A DNA stretch of 64,000 nucleotides, taken from the human T2T-CHM13v2.0 reference genome, Homo sapiens. Of this stretch, positions 41,051 to 55,465 are shown piece after piece. Position numbers and translations under genes: made by a program. The notes under the pieces are model-generated. The model saw only the letters and a list, made by a program, of their open reading frames with translations, did not search any database and had not been told where the DNA came from. The DNA is taken from assembly GCF_009914755.1 (NCBI RefSeq), contig NC_060942.1; one strand, written 5' to 3'. How positions within the stretch are numbered: the first letter of the stretch is position 1; every line of letters starts with the position of its first letter.

Positions 41051-41462
41051 TATGATGGCAATTAGATGTGTCAACTTGGCTAGGCCATGGTACCCAGATA
41101 TTTGGCCAATCACCAGTCTGGATACTGTTGTGAATGTATTTTTTAAAATAAAATGAACTTTTAGTTCAGTAGAATTTGATGAAGGTAATTTCAAGTTACC
41201 TTCATCCAATCAATTGAAAGTCTTAAGATAGAAAGATGGAGGTCCCCTGAGGAAGAAGGAATTCTGCCAGCAGACAGTCTTCAGGCTGGAGCTGCAACAC
41301 CAGCTCTCCCTGGGTCTCCTGACTTCTAGTCGGCTGGATTTTGGATTTGCCAACCCCCATAATCGTGTAAGTCAATTTCTTAAAATAAATCTCTGTGTGT
41401 CTATTTGTATAAACATGCCCATCCTGTTGGTTCTGTTTCTCTGAAGAATTCTGACTCCTACA
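41051..41462 (+). mobile_element. ERVL LTR, MLT2D/C
   Basis: ATGTGTCAACTTGGCTAGGCCATGGTACCCAGATATTTGG; GAGGAAGAAGGAATTCTGCC; TTGGTTCTGTTTCTCTG. Confidence 0.87.
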
Positions 41463-41999
41463 GAGATGCTGGTTTTCAGCTCTATACACCTGCCTGCTCC
41501 ATTCCTGAGCATCTTCCATTAGGGCCAACCAGCTGCACTGGGTTCACTTCCCTGCATGGCTGTAAAATTTGCTCTTGATGCTCAAACATTGGTTCTAAAG
41601 TCTTATTTTAAATGAGAGCTTAGAAACTTTTCAATCCAATCCTGTCATTTTTATTTGAATGAATGCTCACTCAGAGATGAATGCACCTGCCAGGGTCTTG
41701 CTAGAAGAACCTGGCGGAGGAGCAGTGAGAATCCCCTCCCTAGCTCTGAGGTCTTTCTGTTCCTTTGTGTTGTCCAGTTCTTCTTTTCTCACGTCTGCCT
41801 TGCTTCCACATGACATGTTAAGCTTTCATGCTCTTTCAAACTCTAGTTAACCATACAAAGGCACCAGGTTAATCAGATGAATGTTTTAGATATTGGGTTA
41901 CTAATCCTAATAGCTTGCTGGTAATATTTAGGGACATAGGGGAAAATCAGGGGCTCTCTCCACTGCAAACATGAAAAATCTTATTATAAAGAAACATGG

Positions 42000-42304
42000 G
42001 GCCAGGCATGGAGGTTCACACCTGTAATCCCAGCATTTTGGTAGACCGACGTGGGTGGATCACTTAAGTACAGGAGTTCGAGACAAGTCTTGTCAACATG
42101 GTGAAACCACACCTCCACTAAAAATACAAAAACTAGCCAGATGTGGTAGCACATGTCTGTAGTCCCAGCTCCTTGGGAGGCTGAGACAAGGGTATCACTT
42201 GAACTGAGGAAGCAAAGGTTGCAGTGAGCTGAGATCACACTGCTGCACTCCAGCCTGGGTGACAGAGCAAGACTCCATCTCAAAAAAAAAAAAAAAAAAA
42301 AAAA
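42000..42304 (+). mobile_element. Old Alu (Sz/Jb)
   Basis: Diverged full dimer; poly-A; TSD AAAGAAACATGG/AAGGAATCATAG. Confidence 0.9.
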
Positions 42305-42318
42305 GGAATCATAGTTAC

Positions 42319-42780
42319 TGTCTGGTTTAGATTGGTCTCCCCAAAATCAGAACTTGACTTTTGATTTATGTAAAAGTAATTTATTCGAATGTGTCCCCAG
42401 GAAGAATCATTGAGAGTCGGGGAGGAAAAACTAGACCAGGAAGAAAGGTAGGCCTAGCAGTGCTGTGATGGCAAGAAATTCCCTTGGAGGGTGACCTTAG
42501 CTTAGTAGCAAAGAAGCCCTGAAGACAGAGCCCTCTCATACCTGTGACTCATCTCTCTCAGGGCAGGGAATCTGGCATAAAGATACCTCCATGCACATCA
42601 GTCCTTAGTTGAGGAGGGTGTAATTAAATTCTCAGTATCTGCCAGAACTCTATTCATGTGGTAGTATCCTTCAAAGAGCTGCAAGAGACAGCTGCTGAGA
42701 ATTAAAGGACAGAAGAAGCGACGTGCACAAAAGTGAAAAAGGCATCCTGACGTGAGGGTATGAAGGTGAGCCCCTGCAGA
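42319..42780 (-). mobile_element. ERVL LTR, LTR16 group
   Basis: TCCCCAAAATCAGAAC...AAGTAATTTATT...CCCCAGGAAG...CAGGAAGAAAGG...CATCAGTCCTTAGTTGAGG. Confidence 0.55.
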
Positions 42781-43732
42781 TTCAGCTTCACTCTCTGATG
42801 ACTAGATCAGAGCAGACTTAGACAGTGCCTGGAAAAGGACACAGAGTCCCCTGGCCAAGTCCAGACTACCCTGATTGGGGAAAAAACACATATGCCACAA
42901 GAGTTTGCCCATCTGAGATGAATTATCAATCTGGAGTGATAGCAAAAAGGAGAGTCGGAATGACAAGACTGTCAGGGTTCCTCCGTGCCGGTCCTGAATT
43001 ACTAACTCACCTGAGAAGTTTACCATCTTGGGGCAGAGATGGAGACATCAGCTTGACAACTCATGCCTCTGCAACAATTCAGTCAAATCTTACCCTCACT
43101 CTGTTCTCACCAAGCAGCCTCTGAATTCCAATGTGGCCTCTTAAGGGGTTCTGCCTAAAGTGACAGAATATATAAACCAACCAAAAAAGACTTTCAGTCA
43201 TCTTCACAGGAATATTTACCTTCAAAAGAAAGGAAATTTGCGTTCTCATTTTAACCATTAATCTATATAAGTGTGGTCAATGCATGTCTGCCCCTGAAGA
43301 CTTGGCCCTTTCCCTAGGCTGGAGGGCTTTGAACTTGACACCCCACATTGCCTTTAGGTTGTCAGCAATGTCCCATCATTGGGGCAAGTTCAGCCAACTC
43401 TTGTTTCTGCAGGAACTCATCAAATAGTCCCAATATTCTTGTTGGAGTTTGAACTGTGATGACCTTTTCTCAAGTTAGGAAACAATTAAGGAATTGATGC
43501 AGGAATTGGGGAACAAAAGGTCTATTTTTGGCAATGCTGGATTGGAGAATAAAGCTCAGCTTAGGTGCCAAAACGGATGTTGGCCACTACGCTGGAGGTG
43601 AACTCACCATCTCAGGTATAGAAGGCACATGGGGAGTGCCTGTGGGTGTAGGGTCAGCCCTGTGGGGCATATGGAAAAGAAATGAGAACAACTTCATTGT
43701 GCAGTTGGGCTCCCAAGGAAAGAGAGGGGCAC

Positions 43733-44168
43733 TGTTCTGTGGTGGGCAGGTCTACAAAAACCTACTCCCGAAGTCCAAGGAAGCTGAGAGGCCAAAGAAA
43801 GAGGCTAAAAAATTCAATTTCTCAGAAAGAAACATTTAATAGGAACTTATAAACAGCAGCCACTTCCATGTCTCAGACGGCAGCGAAACAAGATGTTGGA
43901 TCCCTGCACTACTATCCCCCCTGGCCCAGGGCGTATACAGCACAGGAAGGTATAGTGACTCGGAAGAGATCTGAGAGACAATTGCTCCAAGACAGGACTT
44001 ATGGTAGCATCAAGGTTGTTTTAACCTATGGTCAGGATTTACAGTAACTACCTTTTCTTACACATGGAACAATAAGCTGGAAACCTTAAAGGAATTCCTG
44101 GAACTGGGGCTAATCAGAAGACAATACGGTAGATTAGCAACCAAGATGGAGCTGCTTTCGCCTCCACA
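43733..44168 (-). mobile_element. Solo LTR, LTR47-like
   Basis: Minus strand begins TGTGGAGGCGAAAGCAGCTCCATCTTGGTTGCTAATC; TG...CA ends; perfect 5-bp TSD GGCAC. Confidence 0.75.
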
Positions 44169-44198
44169 GGCACAGTGAACCAACAATTAAATCAGTCA

Positions 44199-44632
<434 letters not shown>

Positions 44633-47624
44633 TTATATATATAATACCCATGACATAGTAGTTGTCAGTCTGGCAAACTTTCTGTATGTACTAATTTACA
44701 AGGAAAACACCCAATACTATTTTTGTATTAGTAAGCTTTTCTTTAATTTAATGATTTAGAAGATAATTTGTATCTGTGATGTCTCTTAGAGGCCTGATAA
44801 TCATTCATAGCAATGTCTATATTCTATAATTCTAAAAACTATAAACCTCAACTTTATGGTTTCTACAATTCTTAGAACTTTATGATTCTAAATCTTTATT
44901 GAAATCTTTACAAGTTCTAAATCATTACCAGTAAAAAACAATTCTCTGGATATAATTTAAGAGTCTGTGTGTGGCAGAAGGGAATCTCTGATTTCTAAAA
45001 ATAAAAAGTTAGCTGAAAAATTCTAATCACATATGTGTTTCTTTCCTTCTGGTTCAGACAAGTAGAAGTGCAAAGCCTTACCTTTATATTCCAATTGAGA
45101 AAAACTAGGTATCAATTTAGCTCAAGCTATAAATTGTAGTCTGGAAATAAAGCTAGATGTCCTGTTCTGGATACAGCACTAAAGCCTGTCATAGCTCACA
45201 CACCCAGTGTTGCAGAAGACAAAGACCAGCAGTAAGTAGGAGAAGCCAAAAAGAGAGATCAGGTTAAAGACAAAAGTCAGCTATTCTTCAATGCAGTTAC
45301 TACACTAGATAGCAATAAAAACAGACTGTAAAAAAGAAGAAAGAAGATGGTTTAGCCCAAGCTTGAGCTTTGGAAACATTTCTCACAAGGCCCCAACCAT
45401 TTCTCTTGACCTATCCTATTAGAGAGGGATTAATTAAGAGAGAAGCCTTCTTCTTACATTCCAAGAAAAAAAATTAAAAATGCCATCAGGGTAATCCTTA
45501 ACATCTCTAGCTGGTGCCTGTGAAGACAGTCATTCATTCATTCACTCATTCATTTATAACATCCTATGAATTAAGCTTTATAAAGCAAGAGTAAACTTCA
45601 GAGGAAAACAAAACATTCATTTTCAAGGCAGAGTTAATCCCAAGAAAAATAATCAAACCCATGGGGACTGCCTTCAACGCCCCATCTCTGGCATGACTTT
45701 CAGGACAAAGGTGCCTCTGTTCCACCAGCCAACAACCTCTGTTTTGCAACCTCTCCACTGTCAAAACTTGTTTTAGGAGATGATCTGATGAATACATTCT
45801 CATTAATGTAATGCATAGTAAGACTAGGCAGTGAGTAAAGCTACATGCATTAACATAGCCATGAGTGTTTGCATTCTAACCAGGGGAAAAGCCTCAAGCA
45901 AAAGAAAGAAATCACAGTGGCATTTCAGAAACCAGGTAGAGCAGTAAAGATTTAGCATGAGAGAAATTCTAAGAAAACCTCAAAACAAAGTTTATAGACA
46001 CATACTCAACCTGGAGGATATAGATAATGTACATCAATAAAGCCATTGTCCATGTAAACCACGGGGCATGGTATGGGTTTCTCTAACCGCTGCCTTCCTA
46101 AAGGTCAAAAAATAACTCTGAGCCCATAAGGCACTGCTATTCCCCATCAAGAACCTCTCTTCTCAACAAAGCACCTCACAATGACTGTTGCCCTAATAGC
46201 CATTGTAATTTATTCCTAGCATGAGAAGAACATCTGCAATCGATTATGTGCAGACATTTCAGTGATGTTAATGTGGTCAAAAATAACCAAAAGGCATATA
46301 AACAGATGAAGACCTGCTATTTTCATTTCAAATAGGGATTTGATTCTTGGAGAACCACTAAACAGCAACAACCACAAGGGTTTGTATTTATGTGGACCAA
46401 TTATAGACTCATTTGTAGAAATTGGGAAATGGAAAAGATGGGCCAGCACGTGAATTGCTTTGCATAATGATAGTAATTTTTGTAAAGGTGGAGGAGGAGA
46501 GGCTGGGGAGAGAAGATTTGGTATCAGTCTTGAAATAACTATCACCTCTCACTTTAAAAGCCTTGAAACTCAGTGGCATAACCGGCTATTGAAATTTTGC
46601 CCTCCATGCTAGATTTTGAGTAATATCCCCTTTAACCTTCTCAGGATTGATGAACCAATGTGACTATGTATGCAGATAAATGTTCAGAAGTTGTGAGAAA
46701 TCACTTCACCTTGCATACAATGGCAATCCCAGGAGACCTACCCGGTGCCATGCAGTTAATCACAGCATCTTACCACAACTGGCTGGATTTCTAATGGCAG
46801 TTCTCACACTCTATTTGAGGACTCCTCCTCTTTTTATTATTTGGGGGAATTGGATTAGAAGGATGTCAAGAGTCACATTTTCAGCTGATTTAAGAGTTTG
46901 AGGAATAAGTCACTAGGAAGGACAAGATGATTGAGGATTAAGGCAATATTTTTGATAAGTTACAGCTATAAAACCTCACTGCAACCCAAACAACCCTAGA
47001 GGAATGGAATAGGAAAATGAGAAGGATTCAAAATTAAGTCTACTTCAGATTCTTTGAGACACCAGGTTTCCCAGACCCTATTCCCATCTTAGAATGACAA
47101 GAATCAATGGTCAGAAAAATTGCCTTTATTGCTAAAGAATGCTTAACCCAACCTGTGAAATTATCTGTATTATCTATTTGAATTATTAAGGTCTTCAGGC
47201 TTGGATGAGAAAAGTCGTATCTCTGTTGATATACTGACTTCCTTTCCTTTCCAGTTCAACAAATAAGAATCTCAGTCTCTTAAACATGAGCATGAAGCTT
47301 GTGTTTATATAAGATAAAGGTCATTATTTAATAAAGATCATCCCAAGATCCTCTCCCTCTGAACAAAAGGCACAGGAAGTCATTCATCACATTCTGTACA
47401 TAATACAGGAATTCTCTTAATAATTGCTTACATCAAATATTGATCATCAAATTCTCTCCTCCTTTTCCTCTACTTCTTCCCCTGTGGACCATCTTTCTCG
47501 AAATGGTCCTGTGCCTCATTCTCTCTGTATATGAGCATCCACCCCAGGTGTGCATCCTCTGTTAGCATTAGGCTTGCTCTCCTGTTCTTGATTCACCTTC
47601 CATAACAGCGTCCACTTCATCCTG

Positions 47625-48762
47625 TGGGTATTCATTTTTTATTGCTGCTGTACCATAGAAGCTACAAACGTGGCAACTTAAAATAGTGCAAATTTCTTAT
47701 CTTCCAGCTTCTGTGGGTCAGAAGTCTGGGCAGGTTTAGCTGAGTCTTTGCCTAAAGGTCTCACGATGTTCTCTGAATTAGAATCAGATTCCAAGTTCAG
47801 TTGGGCTGTTGGCCAAATTTAGTTTTTTGCAGCTGTAAGACTGAGGTCTCTATTTCCATGCCGGCTGTCAGCCAGGGGTCCATGTTTGCTCCTAGAGGAT
47901 GTGGCTCTCTCTAGCAGTGGTAGGGTGAAGCCCTCTGACACTTCAAGTCCCCCCAACTTCCCTTCTCTGGCATCTCTCTGACTGCAGAGCTCATGTGATT
48001 AGGTTACAACCACCTGGAGAAAGCAGGATACTCTCCCTATTTTCACAGCCTTTATCACATCTGTAAAGTCCTTTTTTGCCATGAAGCATAATGTATGCAC
48101 AGTGCCCTGAGATTAGAGTGTGATCATTTCAGAAGGTCATCCTGTCGACCAGAATCCACCCTCTGGACACAAAGACTCACGTCCTTCCAAGCTATTAAAT
48201 ACCTAAGGTCCCCAAAGGTCTCACCCCCTTACAACATAAATTTGATGTCCAAAATCTTATCTAACTCTTCACAGCTCCAAAGTCCCCATATCATCAGATA
48301 AGTGGTTTTGTCAACCCGCTTCCTTGTAGCAGAACTTTGGAGTCCAACAGTTTTCTTTCATTTCATACTTTCTCTGTCCCTTTCAGGACATTCTGGAAAT
48401 GTTTCTGCTGATCAAAAAACCTCTCAAGAACCTTTTAAATTTTGCATGAAGTTCACAGAGATCCCCTTCATTAGAAAGAAGTCTATGCTCATGAATCATT
48501 TTGAGATAATACCTCTCTATTTTTGGCTTCTCCCGAGACAGTTGAAGAGCAACATTCTTAAGTTTCTCCAGGCCCTCGGGTTTGATTGAAGAGATCTGTG
48601 AGTCACCCTCTTATCTTTTCAAAGAGCTTTTTGCGAGGCTGAACACTCTGGTCTTTTCATGCTCCTAAAGTTTAAGGGGAAGATTGTGTGGCCATGAAAT
48701 CAGCTTTTCCCAGGGTCCAGGGGTAAATCCATGGACATCTTTGGGGGCCATTCTGCCTTCCA
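47625..48762 (-). mobile_element. MLT1 (D/E) proviral remnant: 3' LTR ~47625-48152, internal ~48153-48710, start of 5' LTR ~48711-48762
   Basis: TTCTGTGGGTCAGAAGTCTGGG and GCAGCTGTAAGACTGAGGTC LTR blocks; ATCCACCCTCTGG (PPT-side junction); second LTR-start motif ATGGACATCTTTGGGGGCCATTCTGCC. Confidence 0.7.
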
Positions 48763-48833
48763 GGAAATGTCTCGCTGTTTATTAGACTTCAGACTAATTT
48801 AATTATTTGGTTCCCCAATAGAAAAACAGTAAT

Positions 48834-49163
48834 TGCTATAGTTAAATATTTGCCCTTTCCAAAACTCATGTTGAAATTTAATTGCCATTGTAACAGGATT
48901 AAGAAGGGGACCTTTCAAAAGGAATTAGGCCACAGGGGATCCTGGGCTGCCCTTATTAAAAAGGCAAGCTCAGCTTCCTCTTGCTCTATCTCATGCTCTC
49001 GCCTTCCACCATGGGAAGAGGCAGCTAAAAGGACCTTGCCAGATGCCAGTACCTTGATATTAGAACTCCCAGCCCCCAGAACTGTGAGCCAATAAATGTC
49101 TGTTCATTATAAATTGCCTAGTCTCAGGTATTCTATTACAGCACCACAAAATGGACTAAGACA
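48834..49163 (+). mobile_element. MaLR LTR, MSTD/MSTC
   Basis: TGCTATAG start; CCAAAACTCATGTTGAAATTTAAT; AATAAA; ATGGACTAAGACA end; TSD GTAAT/ATAAT. Confidence 0.87.
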
Positions 49164-49574
49164 ATAATGAAATAACACAACTTTTCAGTCATCTTTCAAT
49201 CTCAAGATGGATAGGATAAGAAAAAATCAAAATAGAAGTAATTAAATCTTCACTTAATGAAGATTACTACAGAGTTGAGAGCAGGGTGATAAAGGGCAAA
49301 GCTGGCACCATAATCTCTTGGAAACTTTTCCAAATCCCAAATGTTATGCCCTCACTGATTGACTGGATCCAAATCTCTGGATGGGAAGAGTTGAGAATTC
49401 ACATTTTAAATAATATCTTCAAAAAATCCTGATGCATGTCAAAGAAAATAACTCAAAAATATGATTAATAAAATAATAAAATAAAATAAAAATTATTAGA
49501 GGAATTAAAATTTTATGCTAGAAAACATTAAAGCAGTGATATACAGATTGTTAGTAATCATGAGAAAACATTAT

Positions 49575-50368
49575 AAACATATTTTGTCATAAGGAAATTG
49601 CAAATTAAAACAACAACATAATACCATTATATTCCTATTAGAATGGTTGAATTATTTTTTAAAACTGTCAATACCAAGTGCTGGCAGGGATGTAGAACAG
49701 CAGAAACTCTCATTCATTGCTGGTGAAAATTAAAAATGGTACAGCCATGTTGGAAGACACCTGGCTTCACAACCAGCATGCAGATGAAGCTCAGCTGTGA
49801 TAGTTTCGCAGCTTCTTGCAAAACTAAACATAGTCTTACCATACAATCCAGAAATCCTGCTCCTTAGTGTTTACATAATTGACTTAAAAACCTAGGTCCA
49901 CACAAAACCTGCATGTGAAGCTTGATCATAGCCTAAAACTGGAAACAACCAAAATGTCCATCAATAAAGAATAAACAAAATATTGTTTAACCACACAATG
50001 GAATATTATTTAGCAACAAAAAGGCACTAACTACTGATACACATTACAGCATGGATCAATCTCAAAAACATGATCTTGAGCAATAGAAGCCAGACACCAG
50101 AAAAGTACATGATTTCATTTACATGAAGCTTCAGAAAAAGCAAAATGAATCAAAACTTTTATGAATCAGATCACTGATGGCCTGGAATGGGGGTTACAGG
50201 ATTATTTTCAAGCGGTCATGGGCGATTTTTTTGAAGTGACAGAAATGTTCTCCATCTTGATATGGGGTGGTGGTGAAGTAAATTGACCTATTTTTCCAAA
50301 TTCACCCAACCGCAGACTTAAAGTGGAAACATTTTATTTTATGTAAGTTATATTTCAGTAAAGCTGAA
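49575..50368 (+). mobile_element. L1MD/ME 3' end, containing a 43-bp foreign insert
   Basis: AACTCTCATTCATTGCTGGTG, AAAATGGTACAGCC, ACTGGAAACAACCAAAATGTCCATCAA, ATGTAAGTTATATTTCAGTAAAG. Confidence 0.82.
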
Positions 50369-51178
50369 GGAAAGACAAAAATTCCATGACAGCTAAAGTG
50401 AATGAAGAGTCAAATAATTCTGTTTCAGTCCTCTTTCCGTACTCTGAAAACCTTTGGTCTGAATGGCAATTTGACCATTATCTGGCCATTTGTCTTGAGT
50501 GTGGTGGTATCGCATTGCGTCTCTTTAGAATAGTAAAGAGGCTGGGAAACTTTCAATCTTAATTTAAAATCCCAGTATGCCACACAGATAATCTCTATTC
50601 TCCTTTCCACAACTAAGCCTGGTCAATACCTGGAAGATCTTTTAGGGAACCAATATCAATAATTCCAAAGGGAATTGCTATCATGGATAGCTAGTGAAAT
50701 AGCTTCCCAGAAGCAATTTATACGTCTTTATTTTTCTGCTTGGAGCCTTCCATTCTGAAGGAAGTTTCTACCTCATATGATTCTTATGATTTATTTGATA
50801 CTGGTGGTGGCTACCATTCTCCCAGTTTTAGCGTCATTTGATTTTCTAAACAATTAGAACTGAAAATAATTTACCCCAAATCCTAGGTGTTTTGTCCAAC
50901 AACATCGTCCTCCTTTATTGACCTTTATAACTCTAGATATTTGGAAGAATAAATACTTTTATGAATATTTCCATACCGTGTAAATTAAGTCACCATGTGA
51001 ATTCAGTTTTTATGTATCACCTAGAATGTAACGCATGGCCTCCTGCTTTTTGTGCGGCCTTTTTCCACTGGTCTCAGCCTCTGTTAACTCCCAGGCAACT
51101 GTCTCCTATCATATGAACTCACTGTTGCCCATTTAGAAACAGTCAATACCGACTGTCTTTAAAAGTCTTTTTTTTCCA

Positions 51179-51538
<360 letters not shown>

Positions 51539-51589
51539 CTATAAAGTAATAATGTAGGAGCATTTTGTGACATCTAATATAGTTTATAG

Positions 51590-51915
51590 CAGTGCTTTCA
51601 AGTACATACACAATGCAAGACACTTTTGTAATTTTAAACATTCTCATAGCTACATTATAAAAAGTAAAAAGGAAAGAAGTGAAATTTCAATAATACACTT
51701 ATTTAAACGAATATATTCAATGTATTATCATTCAACATGCAATCAATATAAAAATTATTAGTAAGATATTTCACACACTTTTTTATGTGGTAAGTCTTGG
51801 AAATGCAATGTGTATTTCAAACGTAAGGCACATCTCAGCTCTCAGTTCAGACTAGCCATATGTCCAGAGCTCCACAGCAGCATGTGGCTAATGACTATCC
51901 TGATGGGTGGTGTGG
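51590..51915. mobile_element. MER33 hAT-Charlie element
   Basis: TCAACATGCAATCAATATAAAAATTATT...GCACATCTCA...TTCAGACTAGCCA...CATGTGGCTA; TSD-like xxxTATAG flanks. Confidence 0.8.
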
Positions 51916-52364
51916 CTCTATAGGGATGGGTTTCTTTAAATAAACTGAAATTTGGGCTTTACCAGGAACCGACTTGTATGGCCCAGGGCCAAATCAGGTA
52001 GAGTCTATGCAGGTCACAAAATAGGCACCTTTCCCTTTATTAAATCAAATTTCATTATTTAAGGAGAACTGAGAACTGTTTGTAAATGCTCTCCTGGAGG
52101 TGGGTAAAGATCTAAAATCTTTTAAGAATCCAATTTTAGATACACAAATCTGCTTATGTTTCTGGGGTAATGGTCTGGAAATGGAAAAAAAAAGCGTTGT
52201 AACACAGGTCAGGGCGAGAAGTGAGAAGACTGGAGGGAGTGGAAATTAGAAGAGGAAGACCATGGGTAGCTATGTAAGTCATGGCAACTGCTGAGAGCTT
52301 CTGCAAATAGTATGTCTTCGAGTTACATTAGCTTGAGTGTTCTCAACCTTGCAAGGGATGAAAA

Positions 52365-53095
52365 AATAATCTTATCAAAACCTGATATGCTGTGGAGATA
52401 CTCCACCCTAAAGTGGGAGGACCATATTTGCCCACTCTGTAGGTGTGTGCTGTGCATAGCGACTTTCTTCCAAAGAGCATCAAAAGGAAAGAGGGAAAGC
52501 AGCTTTACAGAAAACAAACCTGATGAACATGTACTCAGCCGGGTGATCAAGGTCAACATCAACAGCCAGAAATCATTTTGCTAGCATGAACCCTTGATAT
52601 GACGCAATAATGGAAATGGCATTTTACCACAATGGTCTTCCTCTTGAAAACCCATAACCCCAGTCTAATAATGATAAAAGCAATCTGACAAATTTCAATA
52701 GAGGGACATTCTACAATATACTGCACCAGTACCCCTCAAAGCTGTCAAGGTCATCAAAAACAAGACATGTCTGAGAAACTGTCACAACCAAGAAGACCCT
52801 AAGGAGACATGACGAGAAAATGTGATGTGGTGTCCATCCTGAATGAATCCGGGAACAGATTTTTAAAAAGAAAAAATAAAAAGGTAAAAACTAAGGAAAT
52901 CTGAATAAACTGTGCATTGCAGTTAATAATGTATTAATATTGGTTCATTAATCATAACAAATGTATCATACTAATACGAGATGTCAATAATAGGAGAAAA
53001 TCTATTGGGGTATTGTATATGGAATCTTCTACTATCTGCTCAACTTTTCTGTTAAGTCTAAAACTATTCTTAAAAATAAAGTCTACTGGTAAAAT
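52365..53095 (+). mobile_element. L1MC/MD 3' UTR
   Basis: GTGATCAAGGTCAACATCAACAG, AAAACCCATAACCCCAGTCTAAT, GTCAAGGTCATCAAAAACAAG, CAACTTTTCTGT...AATAAA. Confidence 0.85.
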
Positions 53096-55266
53096 ATCTT
53101 TTTAAAAAAGTATGATATGCATGATGCACATCTTACCAAAAGTGAAAATACTTCTTCAAACATCTTAACTTTCCATAGCATCCTCAATACCTGGCCAAAT
53201 TCCAGGGTTACCTCAAGACATTGATGAACTGTCACTCTTGATCTCTGCATAGGGCCATTTCAGATGGATGGATTCCGAAAATTTTCTGCTGATCAGAGGC
53301 CAGCTTCCTACTGCTTTTAGGACAGCTGCTGTGAGCTCTAGTATTTACTGTGAAGAAGGTACCAAAAGGTCAGTTCCAGGAGCCCCAGCTGGTGCAGAAG
53401 CCACCTGACAAGAAGTGGAGGCCAGGAGTCTGCTCCCAAGACTGCCTAGGCTGAAAAGTATGGAGAGGACAGCAAAAACACCTGGCTCCACAACCAGCAT
53501 GCAGGTGAAGCTCAGCTGTGAATAGAACTTTCTGGAGATTCTACAACTTTAAAGTCAACACTCCTTTTCCCATTACTTTTTTTTACTCATTTATCAGGCT
53601 CTACTACATGATTTACTAGGACTGTTATAGAACCAGCTCTTTTGATTAAATACTTTTGGTAAGTGCCTATAGTAGAATCTATAATATTGACAAGTGTCTA
53701 ATTATACATTCTATGAGAAGACCTTGCTCACACAAACTGTCGAAACACGAGCTCTCCTTCAGGCAAATAAGCTGGGTGCTCACATGTGAACCAGAGTTCA
53801 CTGATGGAAAAAACGTGCCCAGTTATCTAGCTTCCATGATGCTGTTGGGCTTTCTTGACCCACCTTCTCATCTCAGTTACTTTTGAGACTCCTATTTTAG
53901 CAATAAACTAATTTCACCTTCATTTATCCTATGCCATTTTCGATTGACAGCTATTGCTACCAATTCTTTTCAGCTTTTTCCTGGCTCAAAGCTAATCGGT
54001 CCATCATCTAAGATAATACATTCTAAAATTATACGTGTACTTTTCACATCCAATAAAGTTCAACTCATTATATAATTAGACTACTTTCTATACTTTCTAA
54101 TTAATTAACTGGGAGGATAGTGATGAAGAAGAACCAAGGCAGTAGGAAAGAAGATCTTCACCTCACTGACCATGGTGGGGGCTTGCCAGCTACAGATGCA
54201 GACTTAAGAATTCGAGAAGTCACTTAAAATAACTTGTCTCAAGGTCTTGGATCCTAGACAATGTAGAAAAAAATGAAAACAGCCACTTTGACAATTACCT
54301 CTTCTGTATCTCTACCTGAAATGCTGATGACATAAGAGCTGAAATGGAACAGCTATAGTAACGATCTAATTAAACAAGGAAAATGTACCCATCATGAGTA
54401 CCATTATTGTGCTGTGATGGGACAGGGAACTCACTCTTAGATGCTTGCCAGGCATTTCTCCTTCCTACATGCACTATTCAGAACAAGCACTAGGTAAAAA
54501 GAAGAGCTGTGATTTTTCCTTTAAGAAATGCAACAAAATCTAGGAGCCCTTTACCCTCAATCCCTACCCACTACTGTGCCGAACATCTAATACTCACACC
54601 TAAGTTATCAACACCCTCCTCCCAATCATCACAACTGAACCAATAACATTCCATCAGAGATCCTTGAAGCTACACTCTGATAGTCATTTTAGTGAATCTT
54701 TACTTTTGTGCCATTGAAGAGATGACATTTTGAGGCCAATCTTATCTTCTTGAAATAGAGCCAGGCTGCTCACATTACAGCATGTTCTCCTGAGCAATAT
54801 TAAGCAAACACAGCAGAATCCTTCCACGCAGGTTACTCTCCAAAGTGTTAAAAGTCACCTCAGCATTTCCATTGGCAGAGTAAAAAAGCTCAGAACCTTG
54901 TCCCTTGGCATTGCCTTTGATTCCAAGAAGAAATTAGATGTGCAGGAAAAATTCAATGGCCATATTGCAGATTGAAAGAAATCCCAAAGAAACTCATGAG
55001 AGAAGACGATGTAAGAACTATTCACAGACTTCTATCAAGCTAGTCTCATGCTGTCCAAAACCAGCAGGATTTGGAGGTTCTAATCTCAATAAACGCATTA
55101 CTAGAGCTGAGAGAGGAAAGTAACCCAGTTCTTGAACTGGCCAAAGAATTGGAAGATGGATGATTATGCCTTGCTTGTTTATTAACTACATAGTTGTTTT
55201 AATTCCCCTTCTAGCTTTCATGGTGAAATTCTGAAGAGAAGCAAATGATCATCTGGAGAGTAAAGG

Positions 55267-55465
55267 AATAACAGCTAACATTTAATGAATTGCTACTATG
55301 TGAACTCACTTTTGTTAACTCATTTAATTCTCGTAACAACCATGCTAGTATTATCTCCATTGTACAGACCAGGAAACTGAAACATAGAGAGGTCAGCAAG
55401 CTGCTCAAAAGCACACACCAGTGTATGCAGAGCTGGGATTTGAACTCAGGCAATCTGACTCTATA
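55267..55465 (-). mobile_element. MIR
   Basis: AGCTAACATTTA...CTCATTTAATTCTC...AGGAAACTGA...GAGCTGGGATTTGAACTCAGGCAATCTGACTC. Confidence 0.82.
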
